A DNA stretch of 64,000 nucleotides, taken from a virus. Its lineage: Duplodnaviria; Caudoviricetes. The position numbers were made by a program, and so were the translations under genes. This document shows positions 18,866 through 27,868 of the stretch, piece after piece. The first letter of the stretch is position 1. Every line of letters starts with the position of its first letter. Where the stretch lies: IMG/VR virus record IMGVR_UViG_3300020046_004224, one strand, 5' to 3'. The notes under the pieces were generated by a model. The model was not told the DNA's origin. It did no database searches and saw nothing but the letters and a program-made list of their open reading frames with translations.

Positions 18866-19691
18866 TAGAAAAACAATTGTAATAGGTGATGGTTATGTAG
18901 GCTCTGCATTTAAAAATGTGTATGAAATTTGGAATGAAAAGATTCTCGAAAATCAAGAATGGAGATACCTTCTTTTAGATGTTTCTACCATCATCTATAC
19001 GGTTGATAATCGTTCGAACCATATTCGCGACAATTGGGAAGATAACTATAAAAAAATATATGATCTTCTTGAACACGGTAAAAAATTCAATATCAAAATT
19101 GTATATATCTCGACTGCTGATTTGTATGGAAATTGTTGGGATTGGGAATCAAATAGGGAGACTTCTAGGGCACTCGACATGAACACTGACTATAGGTTGA
19201 CCAAACATGTTGCAGAACGCGCCCTAGACGGCTCTAACAGCCTAATACTGCGCATCAAGAATCCTTTCGATGATCGAGTCCATGAAGATAATTGGTTGGT
19301 GAGTAATTTAACCAGAGATAAGCTGTTCTGTTGGCAAGATTCATACACATATCTCCCTGATTTAGTAAAAGCCTGTCAGACATTGATAGAAAAAGACGAA
19401 AGTGGAATATTCAATGTGGTTCAAAGTACTGCGGCATCAGTTGTGTACTTTTATAAGAATATTCTTCAATTGCCGAAGTTTATGGTATTGGATGGTGATA
19501 TACTAGACAATCCCCAACTTAATAATAGTTTGGATAATATCGTTGTACATGCGGATGTGAATTCGGAAAAAATTGAAAAGCATATTGAACTAATGCCCTT
19601 GGGTGCAGCAGTCATTCTATCTTGGGATGCAATACAAAAAGGTATTGACAGTATCTTATATGATGGTAGCATACCTTATGGACAACACTAA
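18858..19691 (+). CDS. NAD-dependent epimerase/RmlD-like sugar nucleotide enzyme
   Basis: GDGYVG Rossmann motif, YIST, YxxxK (YRLTK). Confidence 0.75.
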   Translation: MSDRKTIVIGDGYVGSAFKNVYEIWNEKILENQEWRYLLLDVSTIIYTVDNRSNHIRDNWEDNYKKIYDLLEHGKKFNIKIVYISTADLYGNCWDWESNRETSRALDMNTDYRLTKHVAERALDGSNSLILRIKNPFDDRVHEDNWLVSNLTRDKLFCWQDSYTYLPDLVKACQTLIEKDESGIFNVVQSTAASVVYFYKNILQLPKFMVLDGDILDNPQLNNSLDNIVVHADVNSEKIEKHIELMPLGAAVILSWDAIQKGIDSILYDGSIPYGQH

Positions 19692-20118
19692 CGAAATGGA
19701 ACCAGTCGAACTAACACAACCACTAGAACAAATGATCAATCCACCATCCGACGATTTTATCAACAATCCTATGAGGCGTTCCTTGATGGATATTTGTATT
19801 TGGTGTCCAATCTACACTATTAGTTTCTGGGTCAGTTATTATCTATCATCTTCGTATGTAGATAAACTGAAAAGAAAATTTAACGATAAAACCAAGCAAA
19901 AGAATACTGCCCGAACACTGAAAGAAAAAATCAAGAGAACTGTGCGAACATATCGTTATAATTTCCAAAAATTTAATGATGAAACTTGTCCAACATGTTT
20001 CGAGACAAATGCGGATGGTACTGATTATATTCGAGGAAGTGTTAATTGTATCACAAATAGAAATCCGTATCGGCTACAAGACATGTCCAATGCGTTTAGT
20101 TCTAGACAAGGATGGTAA
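19678..20118 (+). CDS. hypothetical protein
   Basis: ORF; probable start MDNTN. Confidence 0.5.
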   Translation: MDNTNEMEPVELTQPLEQMINPPSDDFINNPMRRSLMDICIWCPIYTISFWVSYYLSSSYVDKLKRKFNDKTKQKNTARTLKEKIKRTVRTYRYNFQKFNDETCPTCFETNADGTDYIRGSVNCITNRNPYRLQDMSNAFSSRQGW

Positions 20119-20127
20119 TTAAATAAT

Positions 20128-20454
20128 ATGACACGAACATATATTGCAGGTGGAATGACCGGTATTAAAGATTTTAATTATCCTGCATTCGCGGATATGG
20201 AACGATATTTACTTAATGTAATGGATTGTGCTCATGAAGTTTTAAATCCAATTACTATTGCTGACGGTGATACAACCCAGCCTTATGAATTTTATATTCG
20301 AGAATCCATTAAAATGCTTCTTCGTGCAAATGCAGTTGTATTTCTCGAAGGATGGGAAAAAAGTAATGGTGCGAGACTAGAACATAGTATTGCAAAGGCA
20401 TTGAAGTTGAAGATGTATAATCATAATCTGGAGATTTTGAAAGAAAATGAGTGA
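20128..20454 (+). CDS. DUF4406 family protein
   Basis: YIAGGMTG, FNYPAF, GWEKSNGARLE. Confidence 0.85.
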   Translation: MTRTYIAGGMTGIKDFNYPAFADMERYLLNVMDCAHEVLNPITIADGDTTQPYEFYIRESIKMLLRANAVVFLEGWEKSNGARLEHSIAKALKLKMYNHNLEILKENE

Positions 20455-20857
20455 TGTCAAACAGGTTATTGTAGTTAGAAAGTTCCCCAAACTTAAAATT
20501 GGAAAATACTGTAGTCAGGTTGCCCATGCATCTATGAGCGTATTCTTCAAATCTTTTGTTCCAGTTACTCGATTTGAAGGTAATACACCTATAGTAAATC
20601 ATTGGGAATTGCCAGGATTAGAGTATTTTGACGAATATATCAATGGTCGATTTAAAAAGATTGTTGTTTATGTCGATACAGAAGAAGAACTTCTTGATAT
20701 TCATAAACGAGCATCTGTTAAAGGAATTCACTGTTCCCTTATTAAGGATGCCGGTCTGACTGAATTTGGCGGAGTTCCGACATATACAGCCGTTGGTATC
20801 GGTCCTTGGGATTCAAAAGAAATCGACGAAATCACTGGACATCTTAAACTATTGTAG
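20447..20857 (+). CDS. peptidyl-tRNA hydrolase (Pth2 family)
   Basis: KQVIVVR, GK..SQVAHAS, KKIVV, DAGLTEF, GIGP, IDEITGHLKLL. Confidence 0.92.
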   Translation: MSDVKQVIVVRKFPKLKIGKYCSQVAHASMSVFFKSFVPVTRFEGNTPIVNHWELPGLEYFDEYINGRFKKIVVYVDTEEELLDIHKRASVKGIHCSLIKDAGLTEFGGVPTYTAVGIGPWDSKEIDEITGHLKLL

Positions 20858-20868
20858 TAAGGTCTGAC

Positions 20869-21762
20869 ATGCTCTACAACACACGCATTGCCCCATCGCC
20901 AACAGGATTCATTCATCTTGGTAACATCCGCACGGCATACCATAACTGGCTTGCTGCACGATCAACCGGGGGGAGGTTTGTTCTACGTATTGATGATACT
21001 GATAAAGCTCGTAGTGAAGAACAGTATGTTGATAAAATCTATGAAACTTTCCAATGGCTAGGACTTGATTATGATTCCACATTTCGCCAAAGCTCACGTT
21101 TAGATTTCTATAAAAATCTTGCACATAGGTTGATCAAAGCAGGACTTGCCGAAGAAATCGAAGGTGGTGCAATCCGATTGATTGTTAACTATAAAATTCC
21201 AGAATCTTGGACAGATATTATTGCGGGCAATGTCACCACATCTGCAAAAGATTTAGATGTTTTGAACAATATCATCATCATTCGCAGTGATCAAAATCCT
21301 ACATACAACTTTGCAAGCATTGTCGATGATATGACAACAGAGGTGAATTTGATCATTCGTGGAACTGATCATATCTCAAATACCATCAAACAGCTTGCAA
21401 TCATCGAAGCATTTAAACAATTAGAACATCCTGCGATTGGTATCTTATTTGATCGAGAAGTAAAATTTGCGCATGTCGGATTGGTATTTGAAAAGGGTAA
21501 GAAACTGTCAAAGCGTGACGGCTCAAGCAACTTCGATACACATAGAGATAACGGCACTGATCCTGATGCTATTCTTAACTGGATTCTTCGACTTGGTTGG
21601 AGTCCGTCTGATGCGAATTTCGATGCAAAAGAACCGATTATTACCAAAGACCGTGCCAAGGAAATTTTCTGGACTGATGGCTCTATGAGGAATTCATCCG
21701 CTAGTCTGGATATGAATAAACTGAATTTTTACAACAAAAAATACAAAAACCTAAAGAAATAA
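20869..21762 (+). CDS. glutamyl-tRNA synthetase catalytic domain only (GluRS/GluQRS-like)
   Basis: TRIAPSPTG, HLGN, LRIDDTD, RGTDH, KLSKR; no anticodon-binding domain. Confidence 0.88.
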   Translation: MLYNTRIAPSPTGFIHLGNIRTAYHNWLAARSTGGRFVLRIDDTDKARSEEQYVDKIYETFQWLGLDYDSTFRQSSRLDFYKNLAHRLIKAGLAEEIEGGAIRLIVNYKIPESWTDIIAGNVTTSAKDLDVLNNIIIIRSDQNPTYNFASIVDDMTTEVNLIIRGTDHISNTIKQLAIIEAFKQLEHPAIGILFDREVKFAHVGLVFEKGKKLSKRDGSSNFDTHRDNGTDPDAILNWILRLGWSPSDANFDAKEPIITKDRAKEIFWTDGSMRNSSASLDMNKLNFYNKKYKNLKK

Positions 21763-21763
21763 T

Positions 21764-22999
21764 ATGAAAACAGAAGACCTAAAAGACTATATCGAATTTC
21801 TCTCCGAAGGAAATGACGGATTTCGATCCATCAAAAATCATCCTATTGTTCAAGAAATCGTCAAAGATGAAAATCTGCGATTCTGGATTCCTAATGACAA
21901 TGTTGTTGAAATCGAATTTGAATCAACTGAAGATATTTGGGAAAAGGCATCTGCTAAAAATATTGCAGCATTTCTTCGATTGAACGGATTTACTATCAAT
22001 TTCAAGAATCGAACAGTCAGTAAAGATGGTGGAAAAAACAATCAACGAATTGGACGAGTTCTACAATCTGCTGATCCCGCCCTTATAAAGGCATGGAAAA
22101 AGTTGACCAACACTAATTCCAATCCAGATAAAAAATCCAATCGCCAATGGGTCATTTCCGCCAATCCTATTGATATTTGCAATGCTACATATGGCCGCAA
22201 ATGGACATCTTGTTTAAATGATGGTAAACATCTGTACGAAATGGAGGATGGAAGATTCTCACTTATTGCATACCTGTGCGATGTAGGCGACACGATGATT
22301 ACCAATCCCCATGCACGATATTTGCTTCATGTGGGTGATGTGAGTTCAGATGATTCCACGGTTCGAAAAGTATTCAAATTCGGGAAATCTAACACACCCC
22401 GCAGTGAATTCACTCTATATAAGGGGAAGATTTCCCAGAATACTACAGGTATTCTGTTGACTGATACCTTATATGGTAATTGCACAATATCTGAAAAAAA
22501 TATTCTTCATTCATATGTCAAAAAGGCTAATAACGAAGCTTTGAAAGATGTTAAATCCAATGTTGTTCCGATTTCTGTCAATGGTTTATATGTGAATAAA
22601 TGCTTTCCAAGTACATATAAAAAATCCGATACACCAAAAGTTACTAAAAAGACAGGAGATAAGCCTGATACAAGAATGAAGAGAAAATTTGCTGAATATA
22701 GATATTATTCGGTTAATCCTAACTACGAACTATTGGAGTATGTTATTAACACAAATCAATTTACTAATAAGGTACTAACAGATCGAATTTTTAAAGATGA
22801 TAATCATCTCAAAATTCTCCGCAAGACAACAGTGATTCCGACAATGGTTAAAAATCTCGAAGGAGAAATCAGTGTCTTGAAAAAGAAACTGGCGGATAAT
22901 ATCGGCAATCCCCGCGTAATTCGTGCTATATCCAACGAATTTGTTGAAGCTGATGATAGATTGAAAGAACTTCAAAAGATTTCTGAGAAATTGGTCTGA
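21764..22999 (+). CDS. hypothetical phage protein
   Basis: 411 aa; WTSCL...ARYLL motif. Confidence 0.6.
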   Translation: MKTEDLKDYIEFLSEGNDGFRSIKNHPIVQEIVKDENLRFWIPNDNVVEIEFESTEDIWEKASAKNIAAFLRLNGFTINFKNRTVSKDGGKNNQRIGRVLQSADPALIKAWKKLTNTNSNPDKKSNRQWVISANPIDICNATYGRKWTSCLNDGKHLYEMEDGRFSLIAYLCDVGDTMITNPHARYLLHVGDVSSDDSTVRKVFKFGKSNTPRSEFTLYKGKISQNTTGILLTDTLYGNCTISEKNILHSYVKKANNEALKDVKSNVVPISVNGLYVNKCFPSTYKKSDTPKVTKKTGDKPDTRMKRKFAEYRYYSVNPNYELLEYVINTNQFTNKVLTDRIFKDDNHLKILRKTTVIPTMVKNLEGEISVLKKKLADNIGNPRVIRAISNEFVEADDRLKELQKISEKLV

Positions 23000-23015
23000 G
23001 TATATCGTTTAACTC

Positions 23016-24011
23016 ATGAAAATACTAAATATTTTCATGTCGAACGAATGCCTAATACCCTCTTATACGATTCATGATATCGGTGATATTGAAACTCTCT
23101 CCGAGATATATCCATCCACTGTCACTCAATTGAATATTCCGAAAATTTGGGGTAAGACAAAGGGTAAGGGTATTACAGTTGCAATTCTTGATTCAGGAAC
23201 ACCATATAAACATCCTGATTTAAAGGATAATATCGATTTATCCAAATGTAGAACATTTATTACAAATGAAGACATCTTTGATATATATGTCGGACATTCG
23301 ACACACGTAAACGGAACGATTGGTGCATGTGCCAATAGCATAGGAATCGTCGGAATTGCACCAGAAGTGACACTGGTTAGCATCAAAGTTCTTAATAAAA
23401 ATGGACGAAGTGAGAACGACAGCATTCAAAAAGGATTAGAATATTGTCTTACTCTCAATCCAGATGTTATTAATATGTCATTAGGTGGTACTGATCCTAT
23501 GCCAGGGGTTCATGAAGTTATTAAAAAATTAGTTAAACGTGGTATCCCTGTAGTATGTAGTGCAGGAAATAGCGGAGAAAATAAGGTATTATATCCAGCC
23601 CAATATGATGAATCTATCGCAGTCGGGGCATATTCAGATAGCACGTTTAAAGACCGTGCTCGCTTCTCTGCATGGGGAAGCACTCTTGATATAATGGCAC
23701 CAGGGGAAAAGATATTCAGCACCTATCTAAATGGTCAATACTCCGTCATGTCGGGGACTTCTATGGCAGCACCAGCAGTAAGCGGAGTCATTGCTTTGAT
23801 GCTCTCATACCTCAAAAAGAACAACAAATCTCTGACAGTTGAAGAGATTAAGAATCTTTTATATGGAACATGTTTAGATATAGGAAAAAATGGTCGAGAT
23901 GATGATCATGGATGGGGTATCATAAATCCTGAATCTATTTTCTCAAAAATGAGTGGAGAACCTATAAAGAAGAAAAATATCTGGCAAAAATTCATAGGTC
24001 TATTTAAATAG
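23016..24011 (+). CDS. subtilisin-like S8 serine peptidase
   Basis: AILDSG, HSTHV, SAGN, SGTSMAAP catalytic motifs. Confidence 0.93.
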   Translation: MKILNIFMSNECLIPSYTIHDIGDIETLSEIYPSTVTQLNIPKIWGKTKGKGITVAILDSGTPYKHPDLKDNIDLSKCRTFITNEDIFDIYVGHSTHVNGTIGACANSIGIVGIAPEVTLVSIKVLNKNGRSENDSIQKGLEYCLTLNPDVINMSLGGTDPMPGVHEVIKKLVKRGIPVVCSAGNSGENKVLYPAQYDESIAVGAYSDSTFKDRARFSAWGSTLDIMAPGEKIFSTYLNGQYSVMSGTSMAAPAVSGVIALMLSYLKKNNKSLTVEEIKNLLYGTCLDIGKNGRDDDHGWGIINPESIFSKMSGEPIKKKNIWQKFIGLFK

Positions 24012-24016
24012 ATCAT

Positions 24017-24319
24017 ATGGAAATTTTATTGTTGTTGCTTGCATGTTTTGGTATGACATGCATTTTTGTGCATGGTGAGATAATGGATATTGTTGGTATT
24101 CGCCCGTTTCTGAATAAATGGGAATTTACGCGAAAGTTACAAAAATGTGCATTGTGTTCAGGCGTATATATTAGTGCATTTGTTGGAATATTATTTTTAC
24201 CATGGTTATGGGTTATTCCTTTTGCATTTGCTGGTGCAGGAGTTTCTTTTATACTAGAACGTTTATGTATATTGATGGATGAATTAATAATAAAATTAGA
24301 AAAAGAAAAGGTTGACTAA
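24017..24319 (+). CDS. membrane protein (DUF1360-like)
   Basis: hydrophobic helices flanking CxxC (CALCSG). Confidence 0.55.
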   Translation: MEILLLLLACFGMTCIFVHGEIMDIVGIRPFLNKWEFTRKLQKCALCSGVYISAFVGILFLPWLWVIPFAFAGAGVSFILERLCILMDELIIKLEKEKVD

Positions 24320-24341
24320 CGAATGCTCCTCTGTATGATGA

Positions 24342-24812
24342 GTGTATATGAAAGCACTTTATCTTTTGAGTCTTGTTTTATACTCCTGTTCAACATACAA
24401 AGGAATTGACCATACGCCTGAAAAAGTCAATATTCGAACAACCGCATACTGTTCATCCGAGTCAGATCATATCAAATATGGAAATAAGTCCGCACTTGGA
24501 ACGACCTTAAAAAAAGGAACTATTGCGGCTGATATCAGTGTATTTCCGATTGGAACAAAATTGAAAATTGATAATTATGTTTATGAAGTGTCGGATTATG
24601 GTTCTGCTCTTGTGAAAGATGAGAAGAGCATTCCGACTGTTGACATCTACACGGTAAGTCGCTCGTCTATGAATCGATGGGGAGTACGATACTTCAACAA
24701 TGTTGATGTTATCGAATGGGGAAGTTACGAAAAGAGTAAAGAACTTCTAAGTGATCGGCTTAAATATAAACATTGTCGTATTATGTACGAAAGGATTCAA
24801 AAGAAAATTTAA
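24342..24812 (+). CDS. 3D-domain lipoprotein (cell-wall lytic-type)
   Basis: TTAY, IAAD..FPIGT, DYGSA, VDIY; lipobox LYSC. Confidence 0.8.
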   Translation: MYMKALYLLSLVLYSCSTYKGIDHTPEKVNIRTTAYCSSESDHIKYGNKSALGTTLKKGTIAADISVFPIGTKLKIDNYVYEVSDYGSALVKDEKSIPTVDIYTVSRSSMNRWGVRYFNNVDVIEWGSYEKSKELLSDRLKYKHCRIMYERIQKKI

Positions 24813-25054
24813 TGAAATACAAAGAAAAACATCAAATAGTATTAGATAACTGTGACGGATATTCCTATGTAACCGACGAGGAAACACAGGCAGATTATCA
24901 GAAATTTTATCATTGGGTAAAGAAAGACGACAAGATTCTATTTCCCTTTATCTATAATATCAATTTCCGAATTGGTGGATTCGTCGAAAAATGCATAATC
25001 TTTATTCCTAAGAAAAGAACTATCCGTACCGTTGATGGACGTAAAATGGTCTAA

Positions 25055-25495
25055 TTATGGAAACACTCCTACAGTATCTATACGTAAATTAAGTACTGTT
25101 GATGGGGGATTGGCAAATATCAATTTGATCGAGGCTCCTATAGAAGGCAAATCCATACTAGCATCTTCCAACACGACTGAATCGGCTGGAATGCTTGTGC
25201 TCTGTTCAATATAACACTGTGCGCCCATAAAACTCGGAGCAGTACTATGTACATAAATAATCTCATTCGAGACAATATTAAATGTAATTTGTTTTGTGGA
25301 AGATTCGTCTATGTCAAACGAAACCGAACCAATAAGCGTTCCACTTGATCGGTAAAAGTTTACTACATGAGCACTAAACAAATCATTACACAGTAATCGA
25401 TTTTTAACATTTACTACTAGAGAGTTGCCGCTATTAGAAAAAATCCCAAAGGACTTGCCTATAACTATTCGCTTCCGGCGTAATAAATTTATCAT
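25055..25495 (-). CDS. hypothetical protein
   Basis: 146-aa ORF downstream of 25514-25888. Confidence 0.5.
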   Translation of the reverse strand: MINLLRRKRIVIGKSFGIFSNSGNSLVVNVKNRLLCNDLFSAHVVNFYRSSGTLIGSVSFDIDESSTKQITFNIVSNEIIYVHSTAPSFMGAQCYIEQSTSIPADSVVLEDASMDLPSIGASIKLIFANPPSTVLNLRIDTVGVFP

Positions 25496-25513
25496 TTAAT
25501 TACAATTCGTTTA

Positions 25514-25888
25514 TTAGAAATTGATCAAATCTTCTGGTAAGAATTTCTTATATTGGAATGCAATGCCTGTTCCGGCACTAACTGTGATACTCGTTAATGG
25601 TGCCATCCATGTATATCCGGCGGGGAATGAAAAGTTGTTATATGCAGATGGTGTTACGGTATAAATCGTTCCAGTATGGCTGCTATCAGTATGGGTTGTT
25701 CTAAATCCGGCACTGGTGATAACTGATGCCGTTAAAAATTCAATTGCATAAAAAACGTGATCTGTGGCTGGAGTATATGTTCCCGATCCTGTTAGAGGCA
25801 TTTGTCCGTGACCCCCAAAAGAGAGTTCCCATGCAAACAACTCTCTGCGATCATTATACATAAAACTAGTACTTGGTTGTAAATTCAT
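25514..25888 (-). CDS. hypothetical (possibly virion) protein
   Basis: 124-aa T/S/G-rich ORF with a TAAGTA promoter motif. Confidence 0.6.
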   Translation of the reverse strand: MNLQPSTSFMYNDRRELFAWELSFGGHGQMPLTGSGTYTPATDHVFYAIEFLTASVITSAGFRTTHTDSSHTGTIYTVTPSAYNNFSFPAGYTWMAPLTSITVSAGTGIAFQYKKFLPEDLINF

Positions 25889-25891
25889 AAC

Positions 25892-25915
25892 AATACTTAT
25901 TGATCAATAAGTATT
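25892..25915. promoter_or_regulatory. palindromic bidirectional late-type promoter
   Basis: AATACTTATTGATCAATAAGTATT perfect palindrome between divergent genes. Confidence 0.55.
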
Positions 25916-25925
25916 TTGTAATTAA

Positions 25926-26432
25926 ATGAAATTTATCGAATTGTATAATCTGTTGACCGATTCATATTCAGATGAAACACCAAAAGTTTCTATATCGGAC
26001 CTAATTATACGAGGTCAGAAACTTGACGGAAAATCGATAAAGATAGAGTTTTCGAACGGGGCATACACTAATGGAGTTATACGGAAGTGGTTCAATCCCA
26101 AAACATTCGAAGAAAAAGATTACAGTATAGGAATTGTTTCATGGGGCGCAACCCCTATGTCATCTATTATGGATAGAGGTCTTATTGCTCAAAAGGACTA
26201 TAAGGGGCGTGGATTTGCTTCCAAATGTTTTAACGAATTACTCAAGATAGCCAAACAAAATAATATAGATATCTTTACTATTTTTGCTCCCTCGGACGAT
26301 AGCCAAGCTGTTATGAAGAATTATACAGATAAAAATGTATTAATCCCCATAGAAAGCAGTAAAGCTGCATATGGAGATTTTTACACCGAATTTCGTATAA
26401 ACTGGTCGGAGGCTAATAAAAGATTAAACTAA
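25926..26432 (+). CDS. GNAT-family acetyltransferase
   Basis: DYKGRGFASK acetyl-CoA binding motif. Confidence 0.65.
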   Translation: MKFIELYNLLTDSYSDETPKVSISDLIIRGQKLDGKSIKIEFSNGAYTNGVIRKWFNPKTFEEKDYSIGIVSWGATPMSSIMDRGLIAQKDYKGRGFASKCFNELLKIAKQNNIDIFTIFAPSDDSQAVMKNYTDKNVLIPIESSKAAYGDFYTEFRINWSEANKRLN

Positions 26433-27689
26433 CTTTGTAATTGGAAGTTCTTTATTTCCAACTGACATAGGTCTTCCTGGGGCGGAGCTTTCTAAAGGTG
26501 TCATCCACGGTTTAGCCGGATCAATCCCAAGGAAATGGCCCACTGTGGCATTAAACATACCAGGAGTTACATGATCCTCTTCGACCCGTTCTCCGTTAGG
26601 AGTAGTCTTACCAATGGCATATCCACCGAGATTTAAACCACCAAGAAGCATAGAAAATGCTTGCGCATGGTGATCTTTTCCCATATTAATATTTATTTTA
26701 GGAGTTCTTCCGAAATCTGTTGCAACAACAATCAATGTATCTTTTAAGAGTCCTTCGTTCTTCAAATCACCGAATAGTGAAGACAATGCTTTATCTAAAT
26801 CACCACCACGTTGTGTCATGTTGGTTTCGATGTCAGTATGCATGTCAAATCCGCCATAGGTTACTTCACAATAACGAACACCACTCTTTATCAATCTTTT
26901 TGCAAGCAACAGACCACTACCGATTTGGGTTCTTCCATAAGTGTCTCTTGCCTCTGGAGTTTCTTTATTCAAATCAAACACATTCAAATCGTCGCTTTTC
27001 AATAGTTTCAATGCTTCATCATATATTGAAGAATATGCACTCACATCAGATGTGTTAAAATTCTTTATGAAGTTATTATTCAGTGTATTTAGCACATTGT
27101 TTCGGCTATTAAATTCTGTTTCTGATCCTAATATTTTACTATATCTTAGACCCTCATTTGGATTAAGAATTGAAAGTGGATAGTACTTCTTATTAAAATA
27201 TCCACCACCAGGATTATCTGTATCAGGGGATATAGAAACATAATCAGGAATAGAGGGATGGAGTTTGCCCAACATACTGTATGATATTGATCCCATAGTT
27301 GGATGAATTATCAAACTACTCTTATTGTAAGAGGTTTTGATTGTATATTTCGACATTGCATGGGCACCAGATTTGGATACCATGCTTCTTACTGGAATAA
27401 ATTTGTCTCCGTGCTTTGCAAGGTTTGGATAATAACTTGAAATCAAGAAATCTCCAGTTGTTTTTATTGCCGTTGCATTTCCTCTTATTTCTACATCTTC
27501 TTTCGGGTCTAAAAAGTCAGTATGAGATATTCCTCCATCGAGATAGATGTATATGACATGCTTTGCTTTTCCAAAAGTTCCATTCCCGTTAGTTGATGCA
27601 AATAGATTATTAGGAAGCATACTAACTCCTAATGTTCCGAGTGCCAACTTTTCAATAAATGATCTACGTGATTCTGTATTGTTTTCCAT
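26424..27689 (-). CDS. DUF1501 family protein with Tat signal
   Basis: MENNTESRRSFI Tat leader; IYIYLDGGISH.D.LDPK, YGGFDMH, TDFGRTP, GKDHH. Confidence 0.88.
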   Translation of the reverse strand: MENNTESRRSFIEKLALGTLGVSMLPNNLFASTNGNGTFGKAKHVIYIYLDGGISHTDFLDPKEDVEIRGNATAIKTTGDFLISSYYPNLAKHGDKFIPVRSMVSKSGAHAMSKYTIKTSYNKSSLIIHPTMGSISYSMLGKLHPSIPDYVSISPDTDNPGGGYFNKKYYPLSILNPNEGLRYSKILGSETEFNSRNNVLNTLNNNFIKNFNTSDVSAYSSIYDEALKLLKSDDLNVFDLNKETPEARDTYGRTQIGSGLLLAKRLIKSGVRYCEVTYGGFDMHTDIETNMTQRGGDLDKALSSLFGDLKNEGLLKDTLIVVATDFGRTPKININMGKDHHAQAFSMLLGGLNLGGYAIGKTTPNGERVEEDHVTPGMFNATVGHFLGIDPAKPWMTPLESSAPGRPMSVGNKELPITKLV

Positions 27690-27690
27690 A

Positions 27691-27867
27691 TTAATATTTT
27701 TGCTTTTCGATATCTCGGAGTTCGGTTCTCCATATTTCCTTCTTACTTTCAAAATTCTTGTCACCTGTATCAGGCATCTCGACAAGTTTTTTCATATTAA
27801 AAATTCTTTCTGCCATCTTGTGTAGGCATTGCTCTTGATCACACTGTAAAATTAGTAAGTTGTCCAT
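27691..27867 (-). CDS. small hypothetical protein (58 aa)
   Basis: ORF MDNLLILQC... fills the gap between the DUF1549 and DUF1501 genes. Confidence 0.5.
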   Translation of the reverse strand: MDNLLILQCDQEQCLHKMAERIFNMKKLVEMPDTGDKNFESKKEIWRTELRDIEKQKY

Positions 27868-27868
27868 A

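Noticed and set aside
26424-27785. DUF1501 start at 27785 as given in the ORF track
   Set aside because: The Tat leader begins at ATG 27689, and the extension overlaps a separate small ORF
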